In this document: in pieces, positions 21,705 to 31,527 of the stretch
Numbering within the stretch: the first letter of the stretch is position 1
How the letters are laid out: each line of letters opens with the position of its first letter
DNA from: an uncultured Nitrospiraceae bacterium
GTDB lineage: Bacteria > Nitrospirota > Thermodesulfovibrionia > Thermodesulfovibrionales > UBA6898
NCBI GenBank assembly: GCA_963811165.1
Contig: CAWEQH010000010.1
Span: forward strand, 1 to 64,000
DNA length: 64,000 nt
Reading direction: 5' to 3'
The notes under the pieces: generated by a model
Told to the model about the DNA's origin: nothing
Database searches by the model: none
The model's input: only the letters and a program-made list of their open reading frames with translations
Translations under genes and position numbers: made by a program

Positions 21705-21977
21705 ATGGCAAAGAAGATAGCCGTTTTGGTGAGAGACAGGCAGGCAGAGGCATTAAGAATGGCTGTGGGGCTGACTCTCGCGGACGACGAAGTAAGCGTC
21801 TTTGTTATGGACAAAAAGGTCGATATGTCTGATGAGGCTGTTGCGCTTAATGTCGAAATCCTGGGAGACCTTGATGTGAAGATATACTCAAACAACCCCG
21901 AAAATAAGTTCGAGCAAATGAGTACCGAAGAGATCGCCCTCAATCTTGTGAAATTCGATACGGTAATTCCGTACTGA
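21705..21977 (+). CDS. DsrE/DsrF-like small protein
   Basis: KKIAVLVR..AEALRMAVGL pattern; AGGAGG RBS. Confidence 0.6.
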   Translation: MAKKIAVLVRDRQAEALRMAVGLTLADDEVSVFVMDKKVDMSDEAVALNVEILGDLDVKIYSNNPENKFEQMSTEEIALNLVKFDTVIPY

Positions 21978-22002
21978 ATTCCTCAGACAAAGGTGCGCGG
22001 GG

Positions 22003-22794
22003 CTAGCAGGAATAGTGCTCTTTTCTTCTGTCTTCAAAAAGGTCGTTGAAGGAATTAAGTTTTTTGCTGCGGGCGGAGGCGATATCCACTTCAGCAGCGC
22101 CGAATTCTTCAGAGTCTCTTTCCGCCCTGTAGAGGACCTCTCCATTGGGCGACACTATCTCGCTTGTCCCGATGAATTCAAGTCTCTCCTTCCCGCCCCT
22201 CTGTTCACTTCCGGTCCGGTTTGCAGTTACCGCATAGACCCTGTTTTCGAGGCACCTCGTCGGCATGGCGTCCGGACAGTGGGGGAGGACAAGATTTGCG
22301 GGATGGGCTATAATGTCGGCACCTTTCAGCGCGAGGGTCCTTGCAGACTCGGGGAAAAACCAGTCAAAACATATCATGACGCCAATAGTCCCGACAGGGG
22401 TTTCCCACACCTTAAACCCCGTGTCTCCAGGGGAAAACCAGAGTTTTTCCTCGAAGAAAAGGTGCGTCTTTCTGTAGACCCCGATGAATCCGTCGGGGCC
22501 GGTCAGCACGGCCGAATTAAAAAAAGAGCCGCCGGCCCGCTCAGCGATCCCCGCGACTATGTGGAGGTTCTTTTCCTTTGACAACTCAATCAGAACCTTT
22601 GTCGTAGACCCTGATGGAATTTCCTCCGAAAGGTCTCCGACCTCGGCCCTTGAGGTGAACTGATAGCCCGTATTGAACAGTTCCGGAAGGACGACCAGAT
22701 CGGCCTTTTTTCCTGAGAGCACCTGCGAAACCCTGGTGAGGTTCCCCTTTACATCCCCGAAGACCGGGTCGAACTGTAGAAATCCTGCTATCAT
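22003..22794 (-). CDS. Nitrilase/carbon-nitrogen hydrolase
   Basis: VLPEL, YRKTHL, ICFDW catalytic E-K-C. Confidence 0.92.
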   Translation of the reverse strand: MIAGFLQFDPVFGDVKGNLTRVSQVLSGKKADLVVLPELFNTGYQFTSRAEVGDLSEEIPSGSTTKVLIELSKEKNLHIVAGIAERAGGSFFNSAVLTGPDGFIGVYRKTHLFFEEKLWFSPGDTGFKVWETPVGTIGVMICFDWFFPESARTLALKGADIIAHPANLVLPHCPDAMPTRCLENRVYAVTANRTGSEQRGGKERLEFIGTSEIVSPNGEVLYRAERDSEEFGAAEVDIASARSKKLNSFNDLFEDRRKEHYSC

Positions 22795-23046
22795 GGCTAA
22801 AAAAGGTCCTGCCCTTTTTCCAGATCCGCGGTCATTATCACTACTTCATTATTCTCGATCCACCGCCGGCAAGGAGGAGAAAAAAGCCGTAGAGAACAGC
22901 TCCAATGGGCGGAAGACGACCCTCTGTTTTATTTTCATTTCAGTTTATTATAACAGATGGCAGCGCTCCTTCATGGCAAGGGCTCAAGCCGGCGTCCGGT
23001 ATTTTAAAAAAAGCTATAATGTCATACAATAGGCTAGGTACTTACT

Positions 23047-24597
23047 ATGTTACTAAAGAAAAAGATAGCCATTAGTTTCTTTATCAGCGGATTTATCATA
23101 GCCATACTCGTGGCTTTTGAGTTCGTCAGCTTCATCCAGCTGAGGAAGGCGATAACCTTCCTGGAAATTACGGATACTATCAGGTCCAAGTCCCTCCAGG
23201 TGAGGAGACACGAGAAGAATTTTTTTCTTTACGGCTCGACAAGAGGGGACGCGGAAGCGAAGGAGGTCCACAGATATCTCGGCGAACTTAACGGTATCCT
23301 GCTGAGCGATGCGAGCGCGGGAATGAAAGGGAGACTGTCTTCTTTTCGGGGGCTTACTGCGGAATACGAGCGGCGGTTCACTACCATAGAGGAGTCGCTG
23401 GAAACGCTGTCTTCAGAACTGAAAGGCCTGAAAACAACTTCCATGAAATACTCTCAGTTCTACCCGCTCATAGAATGGACCTTCCTCGATAGGCCGCGGC
23501 AGGCGGCCTATTTTCTCACAAAGGTGTTTCTTCTCCCCAGGGACCACAGGCTCGTTTCGGGACTTCGGGAGCTGGACTCCGAGATCGTCGCACTCAGGAA
23601 AACCGGTGAAGACATCCTGGGGGCCTCCAAAGACCTCGACAAGCTCGAAAGGGACGACGCCGAGAGGGTGATCCATACCTCGCAGATTACGATGCTGGTC
23701 CTCTTCAGCCTCTTCATCGTAGTAGGACTTGGCACGCTTTTTTATATTACAAGCAATGTTGTAAAGAAGTTGGGTCTCCTGACCGCCGCAGTCGAAAAGG
23801 CCGGAAAGGGAAATTTCGCCCCGATGTCTCTTTCATCGGGGATCGACAATGACGAGGTGGGAACGCTCATCAAGACCTTCAATCATATGGAAGAAGAGCT
23901 TGCTCAGAGGGAAAAAGAGCTTATACAGTCCAAGAAACTCGCTGCGATAGGGACCCTCGCCTCGGGCGTGGCCCACGAACTCAATAACCCCCTTAACAAT
24001 ATCTATACGACGTCACAGAGACTCATAAAGAAGGCGGGCGATGATGTTCCTTCTGTGATAAAAAAGGCCCTTAACGACATATTCGGCGAGACGATGAGGG
24101 TTAAAAAGATCGTCAGCGATCTTCTCGATTTTGCTAGGGGGAGGGAACCGCATCTGCGCTCTGTTGAAGCCGGGGCGCTTATCGAAGGCGTATTCCGGCA
24201 TCTCGGGAATTCGATAGACACCGGGAGGATTAAGTTCGATCTGTCAATGCATCCCCGTGAAGTCGTGTTCGAGGCAGACCAGGAGCAGCTTGAGCAGGTC
24301 TTTATCAATCTCTTCATGAATGCCATCGAGGCTATGTCTGGGGTAGGAGAGATTTCTGTCAGGGTCGAAGAAGAAAAGGACGTAGTGAGGATGCGGGTAT
24401 CTGATTCCGGGAAAGGTATATCGTCTGAAACCATCGAAAAGCTTTTCGAGCCTTTTTTTACGACGAAAGACAAGGGGACAGGGCTGGGCCTTGCGATAGT
24501 ATTCAATATTGTCCAGAAACATAACGGTCATATCGAGGTGGAAAGCGGAGAGGGAAGGGGCACTTCGTTTATAATAACGTTGCCGAAGAAGACGTGA
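23047..24597 (+). CDS. HAMP sensor histidine kinase
   Basis: 2 [29 protein letters not shown]. Confidence 0.93.
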   Translation: MLLKKKIAISFFISGFIIAILVAFEFVSFIQLRKAITFLEITDTIRSKSLQVRRHEKNFFLYGSTRGDAEAKEVHRYLGELNGILLSDASAGMKGRLSSFRGLTAEYERRFTTIEESLETLSSELKGLKTTSMKYSQFYPLIEWTFLDRPRQAAYFLTKVFLLPRDHRLVSGLRELDSEIVALRKTGEDILGASKDLDKLERDDAERVIHTSQITMLVLFSLFIVVGLGTLFYITSNVVKKLGLLTAAVEKAGKGNFAPMSLSSGIDNDEVGTLIKTFNHMEEELAQREKELIQSKKLAAIGTLASGVAHELNNPLNNIYTTSQRLIKKAGDDVPSVIKKALNDIFGETMRVKKIVSDLLDFARGREPHLRSVEAGALIEGVFRHLGNSIDTGRIKFDLSMHPREVVFEADQEQLEQVFINLFMNAIEAMSGVGEISVRVEEEKDVVRMRVSDSGKGISSETIEKLFEPFFTTKDKGTGLGLAIVFNIVQKHNGHIEVESGEGRGTSFIITLPKKT

Positions 24598-24625
24598 AGA
24601 CAGTGAATAGTGAAAAGTGAAAGGG
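24592..24625 (+). repeat. Degenerate heptamer tandem repeat (AGTGAAN)
   Basis: gtgaagacagtgaatagtgaaaagtgaaagg. Confidence 0.5.
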
Positions 24626-24647
24626 TAAACGAAATACAAAACGGTGA

Positions 24648-25985
24648 ATGACTTTGGCGTTTAAGATACTTGTTGCAGAAGACGAAGAAATAACCCTGAA
24701 CAATATCCTCGATGCCCTCAGGGACGAGGGGTACGAGGTCTCCGGAACAAAGGACGGTCAAGATGCCCTCATGAAGATGGGGGCGGGGAGCTTTGACGTC
24801 CTGATCACCGATATAAAGATGCCGGGGATCGGTGGCCTTGAGCTCCTCTCGAAGGTGAAGGAGCAGTTCCCGGAAACCGAGGCGATTATCATTACCGGGT
24901 TCGGGAGTATCGGCTCGGCTGTGGAGGCCATGAGGAGCGGCGCCTATGATTACATCACAAAGCCGTTTGACCTCGATGAGCTTGTACTTAAGCTGAAGAA
25001 GATACAGGGACAGAAGGTTCTTATGAAGGAAAACATAGCCCTCAAGACTTTTTATGGAATGAACAAAGAAGTTCCGATCATCGCCAGGAGCGAGAGTATG
25101 AAGAGGGTCTTAAATGACATAGAGGGGATGAAGGACTCGGACTGTAATGTATTGCTCACGGGCGAAAGCGGGGTCGGGAAGAACTTGATCGCAAAGATAA
25201 TCCATTCGACAAGCAAAAGACAACATATGCCCTTTCTTTCTATTAACTGCGCCACCCTGACAGAGGACCTTCTGGCAAGCGAACTCTTCGGACATGAAAA
25301 AGGCGCGTTTACGGGGGCGATCAAGACAAAGCAGGGGCTCATAGAGATCGCAGACACGGGTACGCTGTTTCTGGATGAGATCGCCGAGATGACGCCTAAT
25401 CTGCAGGCCAAATTGTTGAAGGTGGTTGAAGACGGTGAATTCTACAGGGTGGGAGAGACAAAACTTATCAGGGTGGACGTGAGGTTTATTGCCGCGACCA
25501 ACCAGGACGTGAAACGTCTTATCTCGGACGGCAAATTCAGGGAAGATCTCTACTACAGGCTGAACGTGATGGAGATATTCCTCCCGCCTCTGAGGGACAG
25601 GATGGAGGACATCAAACCCCTGAGCATTTATTTTCTCCAGAAACATCTGCCTAAGGCCAATAAGAAGATTACCGGTTTTACGAAGGAAGCAATGGACATC
25701 TTCATGAACTACAGTTTTCCGGGAAATGTGCGGGAGCTTGAGAACCTTATTGAGCGGGCGATTATCCTTGAGAAGGGGCCCCTCATTACCCCGGGGAGTC
25801 TCCCCCACAGTATCCAGGTCCTTCATATCGATACGCTTGATTCAGGAAGGGTCCTTACCGTTGAGGAAATCGTGAAGGAGTACGCTGAAAAAGTAGTCAA
25901 GATGCTCGGGGGCAACAGGACAAAGGCTGCCGAGATGCTCGGTATTTCGAGGACAAGCCTCTGGAAAATATTGAAGGAAGAATAG
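24648..25985 (+). CDS. sigma54-dependent response regulator (NtrC family)
   Basis: REC, GESGVGK, GAFTGA, FREDLYYRL, Fis-type HTH. Confidence 0.95.
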   Translation: MTLAFKILVAEDEEITLNNILDALRDEGYEVSGTKDGQDALMKMGAGSFDVLITDIKMPGIGGLELLSKVKEQFPETEAIIITGFGSIGSAVEAMRSGAYDYITKPFDLDELVLKLKKIQGQKVLMKENIALKTFYGMNKEVPIIARSESMKRVLNDIEGMKDSDCNVLLTGESGVGKNLIAKIIHSTSKRQHMPFLSINCATLTEDLLASELFGHEKGAFTGAIKTKQGLIEIADTGTLFLDEIAEMTPNLQAKLLKVVEDGEFYRVGETKLIRVDVRFIAATNQDVKRLISDGKFREDLYYRLNVMEIFLPPLRDRMEDIKPLSIYFLQKHLPKANKKITGFTKEAMDIFMNYSFPGNVRELENLIERAIILEKGPLITPGSLPHSIQVLHIDTLDSGRVLTVEEIVKEYAEKVVKMLGGNRTKAAEMLGISRTSLWKILKEE

Positions 25986-25994
25986 CGTTTGTAG

Positions 25995-26127
25995 CGTTTA
26001 TATTCTGAACGGTACACAAAAACTGCCTTTAGTCCCCATTTTTTGATAGTAAATAATTTATTTTCAATAAGTTGCGAGATTTATAAACTCATATTCCCCT
26101 CTAAATATACTGTTCATAATATTAACG
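25995..26127. promoter_or_regulatory. Candidate enhancer sites and IHF-like site
   Basis: CGTTTA-N5-TGAACG (25995) and TGTTCA-N5-TTAACG (26111); TTTCAATAAGTTG (26062). Confidence 0.5.
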
Positions 26128-26174
26128 CATATTTAGCCTTTCAAATATTACCTTTTAAAATCAACTACTTTTAA

Positions 26175-26191
26175 TAGGCATCTTTTGTGCT
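26175..26191 (+). promoter_or_regulatory. sigma54 -24/-12 promoter
   Basis: TAGGCATCTTTTGTGCT, GG-N10-GC, downstream of an NtrC gene. Confidence 0.7.
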
Positions 26192-26225
26192 TTACTCTAA
26201 GGCAAAAGCCTTAAAGGAGGTAAAG

Positions 26226-26717
26226 ATGAGGAAACAGCTTTTATTTGTGACTTACGAGAACGAAGATCTCGACGAAGGTCTTAACTACGCCATAGATCTT
26301 GCCACTACTATGGGTAAGGACATCGCAATCCTGATTGCAACGAACAAAAAGACGCTTAAGGATAAATTCGATGACCTAATGTCGGCGGTCACATTTGCCG
26401 AGGCAAACGACCATGAAACCGCTAGAGAAATCCTCTCCGCAGGTCAGAAAGAGGCGGCCCTCGAAGAAAAAGTCGAGCGTCTTGCCGAGAAATGCCAGAG
26501 GTCCGGGGTGAATGTGAATGTCCATTCGGTGACTGTCGAGCTTTTTTCGGCAATCAAGGATTTTCTCAGGGAAAAGACAGGCATAGACATGGTCCTTCTG
26601 AGCCCGAGCGTTACGGACAACGGGAATGTTTCCGCACGCGAGCTGAACAAACTTGTAAGGACGGCATCGAGGCCTGTAGTGACCATGGCCAGACAAACTC
26701 TGGCGCCCGTTCATTAA
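26226..26717 (+). CDS. USP-like hypothetical protein
   Basis: AAGGAGG RBS before ATG 26226; degenerate USP-fold pattern ending SRPVVTM. Confidence 0.65.
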   Translation: MRKQLLFVTYENEDLDEGLNYAIDLATTMGKDIAILIATNKKTLKDKFDDLMSAVTFAEANDHETAREILSAGQKEAALEEKVERLAEKCQRSGVNVNVHSVTVELFSAIKDFLREKTGIDMVLLSPSVTDNGNVSARELNKLVRTASRPVVTMARQTLAPVH

Positions 26718-26754
26718 AAAACAAATTAATTTTTAATATTAAGGAGGATTCGAG

Positions 26755-27673
26755 ATGTATCTTTATTTACCGGTGGCTCTTACCAGTATAAATGTACTCA
26801 TACCAGTGGGGCTGGGCCTCGCTGTAGGCCTGCTTTCAGGTCTCTTTGGTGTGGGCGGGGGATTTCTCATGACGCCGCTTCTGATAATGTTCGGCATACC
26901 TGCGACTGTTGCCGCTGCTACTGATTCCAACCAGATCGTGGCGGCCTCGACCTCAGGGACCTATGCCCATTGGAGGGTCGGCAATGTAGATTTCAAGATG
27001 GGGCTGTACCTTCTTGCAGGCGGTTTTATCGGCGGTCTTGTCGGCGTGCAGGGCATAAAGCTCCTCAACGCTATGGGGAACGCGGATTTCGTTATTAAGA
27101 TGACCTACGTGCTTATGCTGGGCAGCGTGGGCGCATATATGTTCGTCGAAAGCCTTCAGAGCATGAAGAAGAAAAAAACGGAAGTGAGCAAGCCCGTTAA
27201 AGAGTCAGGGGTTGCGAAATTTCTCAAGTCCCTTCCGCTTCAGACGCATTTCGAAAAGTCAGGGGTCACCCATTCTGCCCTGCTTCCGATTATTTTCGGA
27301 GGCTTTGTGGGTATTTTGGCGGCCGTCATGGGCGTAGGCGGAGGGTTCCTGATGGTGCCTGTAATGGTCTATATCCTGAGGATGCCGATGCATGTAGTTG
27401 TCGGTACGAGCCTTTTTCAGATCCTCTTTAACTGCATAGAAGTGACTTTCCTGCAGGCCTATACGCAACCACAGCGTGGATTTTATCCTCGCCGTACTCC
27501 TGCTGATCGGTTCGACGTTCGGCGCCCAGGTCGGTGCGGTTTTCGGAAGAAAACTTAAGGGTGATCAGCTGAAGATTATCCTTGCGGTAATCGTGCTTGC
27601 GGTAACCGTCAAAATTGTTTTTGATCTTACTATGAGTCCGTCATTACTTTTGTCACAAGGAGGGGGGCACTAA
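26755..27673 (+). CDS. TauE/SafE (TSUP) family exporter with a +1 frameshift near 27466
   Basis: Two GVGGGFL motifs, VVGTSLFQ; removing one base restores ..YTNHSVDFILA.. to the stop at 27673. Confidence 0.88.
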
Positions 27674-27674
27674 A

Positions 27675-28487
27675 ATGAAATTCACGATTCAGGATTCAGG
27701 ATTCAGGATTTTTAATTACCTGGGGCTTGCTGTTGCGGCAGTGATATGCTCTATTTTCTTGGCTGGCGGGACCGCCTCGGCCGTGTTGACGGCCAAGGCG
27801 AACCATGACCATATTACCGTGGACTTCTTTTATCACGGCAGTTCGGTCAGCGTCAGAGGGGTATCGGACCCCGGGACCGACCTGGTGATAAAAATAAGCT
27901 CTCCGGAGGGTCACGAGACGTTGAGGCAGAAGGGTAAGGTTGCAGGGCTTCTTTGGATGAATGTGGGGAAACTGACATTCGAGCATGTGCCTTCCCTCTA
28001 CTTTCTCCATAGCACGAAAAACCTGACGGAGATCCTTAACAACGAAGAGCTGAACAAGTATGTGCTGGGGTATCCGGCCCTCGAAGCGCATACGGAAGTG
28101 TCCCCTGTATCGGGCGATGCTGAGAAAAACAGATGGTTCGGCGAATTCCTGAAGATGAAAGAGTCTTCGAAGGTCTACTCGACTTCGAGCGGGAAGATCT
28201 CCACGACTACCACCAAGGACGGCCTGCAGGAGTATTACGTACTGATGGATTGGCCTTACCAGGCAAAACCGGGCGAGTATACGGTGACGGTGTATGCGGT
28301 CAAGGACAATAGGGTGGTAGAACAGGCCGAGTCCAAAGTTTCTGTCGAACAGGTCGGCATTGTGAAATCTTTCGCGAGGATGGCGAAAGAGAGCGCTGCC
28401 ACATACGGAACGATCTCAATCTTAGCGGCCCTCGGCGCGGGTTTCGGTGTAGGCCTGGTATTTAGGAAGGGCGGGGGGGCCCATTAA
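27675..28487 (+). CDS. TIGR02186-like putative membrane protein, usual TSUP partner
   Basis: Signal peptide, KGKVAGLLWMN, PGEYTV, C-terminal TM. Confidence 0.75.
   Translation: MKFTIQDSGFRIFNYLGLAVAAVICSIFLAGGTASAVLTAKANHDHITVDFFYHGSSVSVRGVSDPGTDLVIKISSPEGHETLRQKGKVAGLLWMNVGKLTFEHVPSLYFLHSTKNLTEILNNEELNKYVLGYPALEAHTEVSPVSGDAEKNRWFGEFLKMKESSKVYSTSSGKISTTTTKDGLQEYYVLMDWPYQAKPGEYTVTVYAVKDNRVVEQAESKVSVEQVGIVKSFARMAKESAATYGTISILAALGAGFGVGLVFRKGGGAH
27680..27710 (+). repeat. Heptamer tandem repeat ATTCAGG inside the 5' coding region
   Basis: attcacg attcagg attcagg attcagg att. Confidence 0.7.
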
Positions 28488-28490
28488 TTA

Positions 28491-29348
28491 ATGTATAAGA
28501 CCTTATTAGTCGGTTTTGACGATTCGCAGGCCAGCAAGGCGGCGATGATCGAGGCCTCAAACTGGGTAAAGCGGCACGGGGGCAACGTCGTGCTGGTGCA
28601 TGCCGTTTACTTCGATTCCGAGGAGTTCGGGATTGCGCCGACACAGCTTGACCAGCGGTTGAAGCACGGTGAAAAGGTCTGCCTCGAAACCAAGAAGATG
28701 ATCGCGGATGAATTCAACATAGAAGTGAAGTCCCTGCTTTGCGAGGGCGAGCCGCCCGAGGTTATTCTGAGCATGGCCAGAGAGAAGAAAGCGGACCTTA
28801 TCGTGCTCGGCACTTACGGCAGAAAAGGACTGAACAGACTCCTTATGGGCAGTGTGACATCTCAGGTGATAGTGAATTCACCGGTTGATGTGCTGGTCAT
28901 AAAGAAAAAATGCAGTGAGTGTACGGGAACGTACAGGTCCATACTCGTTTCCTATGACGGCTCCGACTTCAGTAAGAATGCCCTGGCACGGGCATGCAAA
29001 TTGTCACAGGACGATGGCGCTGAGGTCTCTGTCCTTTACGTTATCCCCCGCTATGAGGAGATGATAGGATTTCTCAGGACCGAATCGATAAAGAAAAGTC
29101 TCATTCAGGAGGCCCGGAAGATCCTTGAAGGGGCGAAAGAACTCGCTTCCAAAAACGGGGTGACGGTCAAGACTGAAATACGGGAGGGCCATGCGGCCGA
29201 CAGAATATTAGAGACGGCTGCAGACCTGAAAAATGATTTAATAATTATAGGAAGTTACGGGTGGAGAGGCGTGAACAAGGCCATTATGGGAAGCACGACT
29301 GAGAGAGTGCTTATCAACGCCCCTTGCCCTGTGCTTGCGGTGAGGTGA
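28491..29348 (+). CDS. Tandem universal stress protein
   Basis: Two USP domains with DLIVLGTYG..LMGSVT and IIGSYG..MGSTT. Confidence 0.93.
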   Translation: MYKTLLVGFDDSQASKAAMIEASNWVKRHGGNVVLVHAVYFDSEEFGIAPTQLDQRLKHGEKVCLETKKMIADEFNIEVKSLLCEGEPPEVILSMAREKKADLIVLGTYGRKGLNRLLMGSVTSQVIVNSPVDVLVIKKKCSECTGTYRSILVSYDGSDFSKNALARACKLSQDDGAEVSVLYVIPRYEEMIGFLRTESIKKSLIQEARKILEGAKELASKNGVTVKTEIREGHAADRILETAADLKNDLIIIGSYGWRGVNKAIMGSTTERVLINAPCPVLAVR

Positions 29349-29353
29349 ATACG

Positions 29354-29773
29354 ATGAAAGGCTATAGAAAAGTACTTATTGCAGTAAACGGCTCCCGCGA
29401 AGTGCTTCGGCAGGGGCTGAAGCTCGCGGACGATGAGAAATGCTGGGTGACCGTGGTGAAGGTTATTCCTTCTTACGAAGGTGACCTCAATCTTGTCGGG
29501 GTGAAAAATATCGGAGACGTACTAAACAGCGGGGCCGATAAGGCTATCGCCGGAATTAAGGAAACCGCGGCCGCCGAAAGGGCGCTGATAAAGACGAGGC
29601 TTGAAGAGGGAGACGTATCAGAGAAGATCGTTCAGGTAGCCGAGGAAGAGGATTGCGATATCATTATCATGGGGGCCAAGAAGCGGAGCTGGCTGAGGAA
29701 GATCTTCGGAGATAATGTCGTAGAAAGGGTCATCCAAAGTGCGCCCTGTCCTGTTCTGGTCGTCGGCGCGTAG
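29354..29773 (+). CDS. Universal stress protein
   Basis: YRKVLIAVNGS, DIIIMGA, APCPVLVV; GAGG RBS. Confidence 0.9.
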   Translation: MKGYRKVLIAVNGSREVLRQGLKLADDEKCWVTVVKVIPSYEGDLNLVGVKNIGDVLNSGADKAIAGIKETAAAERALIKTRLEEGDVSEKIVQVAEEEDCDIIIMGAKKRSWLRKIFGDNVVERVIQSAPCPVLVVGA

Positions 29774-29805
29774 GCAGCTTAGGGTAGCACGAAGCGCTAA
29801 AAGGA

Positions 29806-31527
29806 ATGTGTGTGGGAAAGTTTGAGAAACTCGGCGGAAGTGGGCTTCCGACGGGCAAGTTTGAAAAGCCGGTCAGAAGTGGGCTTCCGACGGGCAAGTT
29901 TGTAAGACTGGTCAATAGAGAGCTTCTGACGGGCCGACAGTTACATGATTATATGGACGAGGCCGCGGCTTCAGGAAAATACCCCGAAGACGTCCTTTTG
30001 GAAAAAGGCGTGCCGAAACACGAGCTCCTCTTCTGTCTTGCCGAACATTACGGATATCCATTCGTCGAGTATGACGAGGGGCTTATGGCGCCTTATTTGG
30101 TGACGATGCGCCTTGATCTTGAGAAACAAAAAAAGGCCCTCTGGTATCCTCTTTCGGTCGGGGAAGGAAAGGCAGAGGTAGTAGCTTATGCGCCTGAAGA
30201 CCCGGCGGTTGCAGAAGATATAAAGCAGACGCTGAATGTGACCTCTATCAGTTTCCGTGTCGCCCTCCCTGGTGACCTGGTCAGAATTATCGAAAACAAT
30301 TTCGATGTGAACCCCGGCTTCGGGATCTGCGGAGGAAGGACCCCTCTGGCGCATGTAAGGACTTCATTTGCATATCGTCGCTCGACGTATGCGTATTACA
30401 GGACGCTGCTTGCCAAGGGAAGAACCGGCCTCGCTTTCATCAGGACCGGGATATCATTTATTACCATCTCACTGTTGTTTCTCAGGGTCTTCGGGACCGG
30501 CTGGTATGCGTTTTTGGATATACCGCTTCTGATAGGCGGCATTGTGATGATCTATGACGGCTTGAAGTGGTATCTGCCCTGCCGGTCTGTTGCGAGTAAG
30601 CCTATAGAGTACGAATGCACCGAGCCCACTTGGGGGACAACGGTGCTTGAGTTGCGGCCCTTCACGGCCAGTCCTTTGATTGAACGTGGCAGCGCGGTTC
30701 CGGGCTCAGGGGGACTGAGGGAAGACTGGGACATCCTTTCTCCGGTAATGAGGAGGCGTTTTCTTGCGAGCGACAGGACAGACCTCGCAGAGGAGAGGAC
30801 TTCACTGGCCGGACACCGGACCGTGATATCGAAGGCCAGGACGGGTCTGGCCTTTACGAGGACGGGCGTTGCGTTCAGCGGACTCGGGATCGGATTGATC
30901 AGGTCTTTTCATTCCGGCCCATGGACTGTCTTCGACGTTTCGCTAATCACGATCGGCGCTCTGATGATACTGGAAGGCTTTCACTGGTATTTCGGCAGCC
31001 GGCGCACCTGGGTGGAAGGAGTGAAATGCGCGATCACTCGGAACAAGAGGGAGAGCATTTGGGATTTTGTGATGCCTAACGGACTTAAACGCAGCGGACC
31101 TAAGAAAGATAATGCCTGCCCGCCTGTTCATGCAAACGACCTGCCGGGCATCTGGGCCACCACCGGCTTGGCGCTCGAAAGGACCGTCCTGGCCGAAAGG
31201 CGCAACGTGATGTCGAGGCTCCGCACAGTCATGGCACACTCGCGTACCGGCATGGCGTTTATACGGACGGGCATCGGCATCTGCGCGGTCGGCGCCGGTC
31301 TCATGTTTTATTTTGGGACTGCCTCGGTCTTATGGACGGTCTTTAACGCGTTTCTGATACTTACCGGCGTGCTGCTGATACTTGACGGCTTTTATTGGGC
31401 CGTCCCCGCCGAAAAAATGAGGGTCCAGTACCCGTACTGTTACGGCGATATGGATATTACCGTCCCGGACTACGGCGTACCCGCACGTTCCTGGAGGAAG
31501 GCGGTCTTCAGCCATGATGGAGACTGA
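29806..31527 (+). CDS. GspE-N/MshEN-like domain fused to three DUF202-like membrane repeats
   Basis: N-terminal LAEHYGYPFV..W.P.....VVAYAP pattern of secretion ATPase N-domains, no ATPase; three RT.LA..RT..RTGLAF.RTG + 2 TM units. Confidence 0.75.
   Translation: MCVGKFEKLGGSGLPTGKFEKPVRSGLPTGKFVRLVNRELLTGRQLHDYMDEAAASGKYPEDVLLEKGVPKHELLFCLAEHYGYPFVEYDEGLMAPYLVTMRLDLEKQKKALWYPLSVGEGKAEVVAYAPEDPAVAEDIKQTLNVTSISFRVALPGDLVRIIENNFDVNPGFGICGGRTPLAHVRTSFAYRRSTYAYYRTLLAKGRTGLAFIRTGISFITISLLFLRVFGTGWYAFLDIPLLIGGIVMIYDGLKWYLPCRSVASKPIEYECTEPTWGTTVLELRPFTASPLIERGSAVPGSGGLREDWDILSPVMRRRFLASDRTDLAEERTSLAGHRTVISKARTGLAFTRTGVAFSGLGIGLIRSFHSGPWTVFDVSLITIGALMILEGFHWYFGSRRTWVEGVKCAITRNKRESIWDFVMPNGLKRSGPKKDNACPPVHANDLPGIWATTGLALERTVLAERRNVMSRLRTVMAHSRTGMAFIRTGIGICAVGAGLMFYFGTASVLWTVFNAFLILTGVLLILDGFYWAVPAEKMRVQYPYCYGDMDITVPDYGVPARSWRKAVFSHDGD
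29815..29934 (+). repeat. 39-bp (13 aa) tandem repeat, 3 copies
   Basis: GAAGTGGGCTTCCGACGGGCAAGTTTG at 29837 and 29876; protein GKFEKLGGSGLPT/GKFEKPVRSGLPT/GKFVRLVNRELLT. Confidence 0.8.

Noticed and set aside
21496..22000. Element integrated at the tmRNA 3' end
   Set aside because: Terminator and host-type genes follow; no integrase or duplicated ssrA end seen
29815..29934. CRISPR-like repeats
   Set aside because: In-frame coding repeat with 12-bp non-unique spacers and no cas genes
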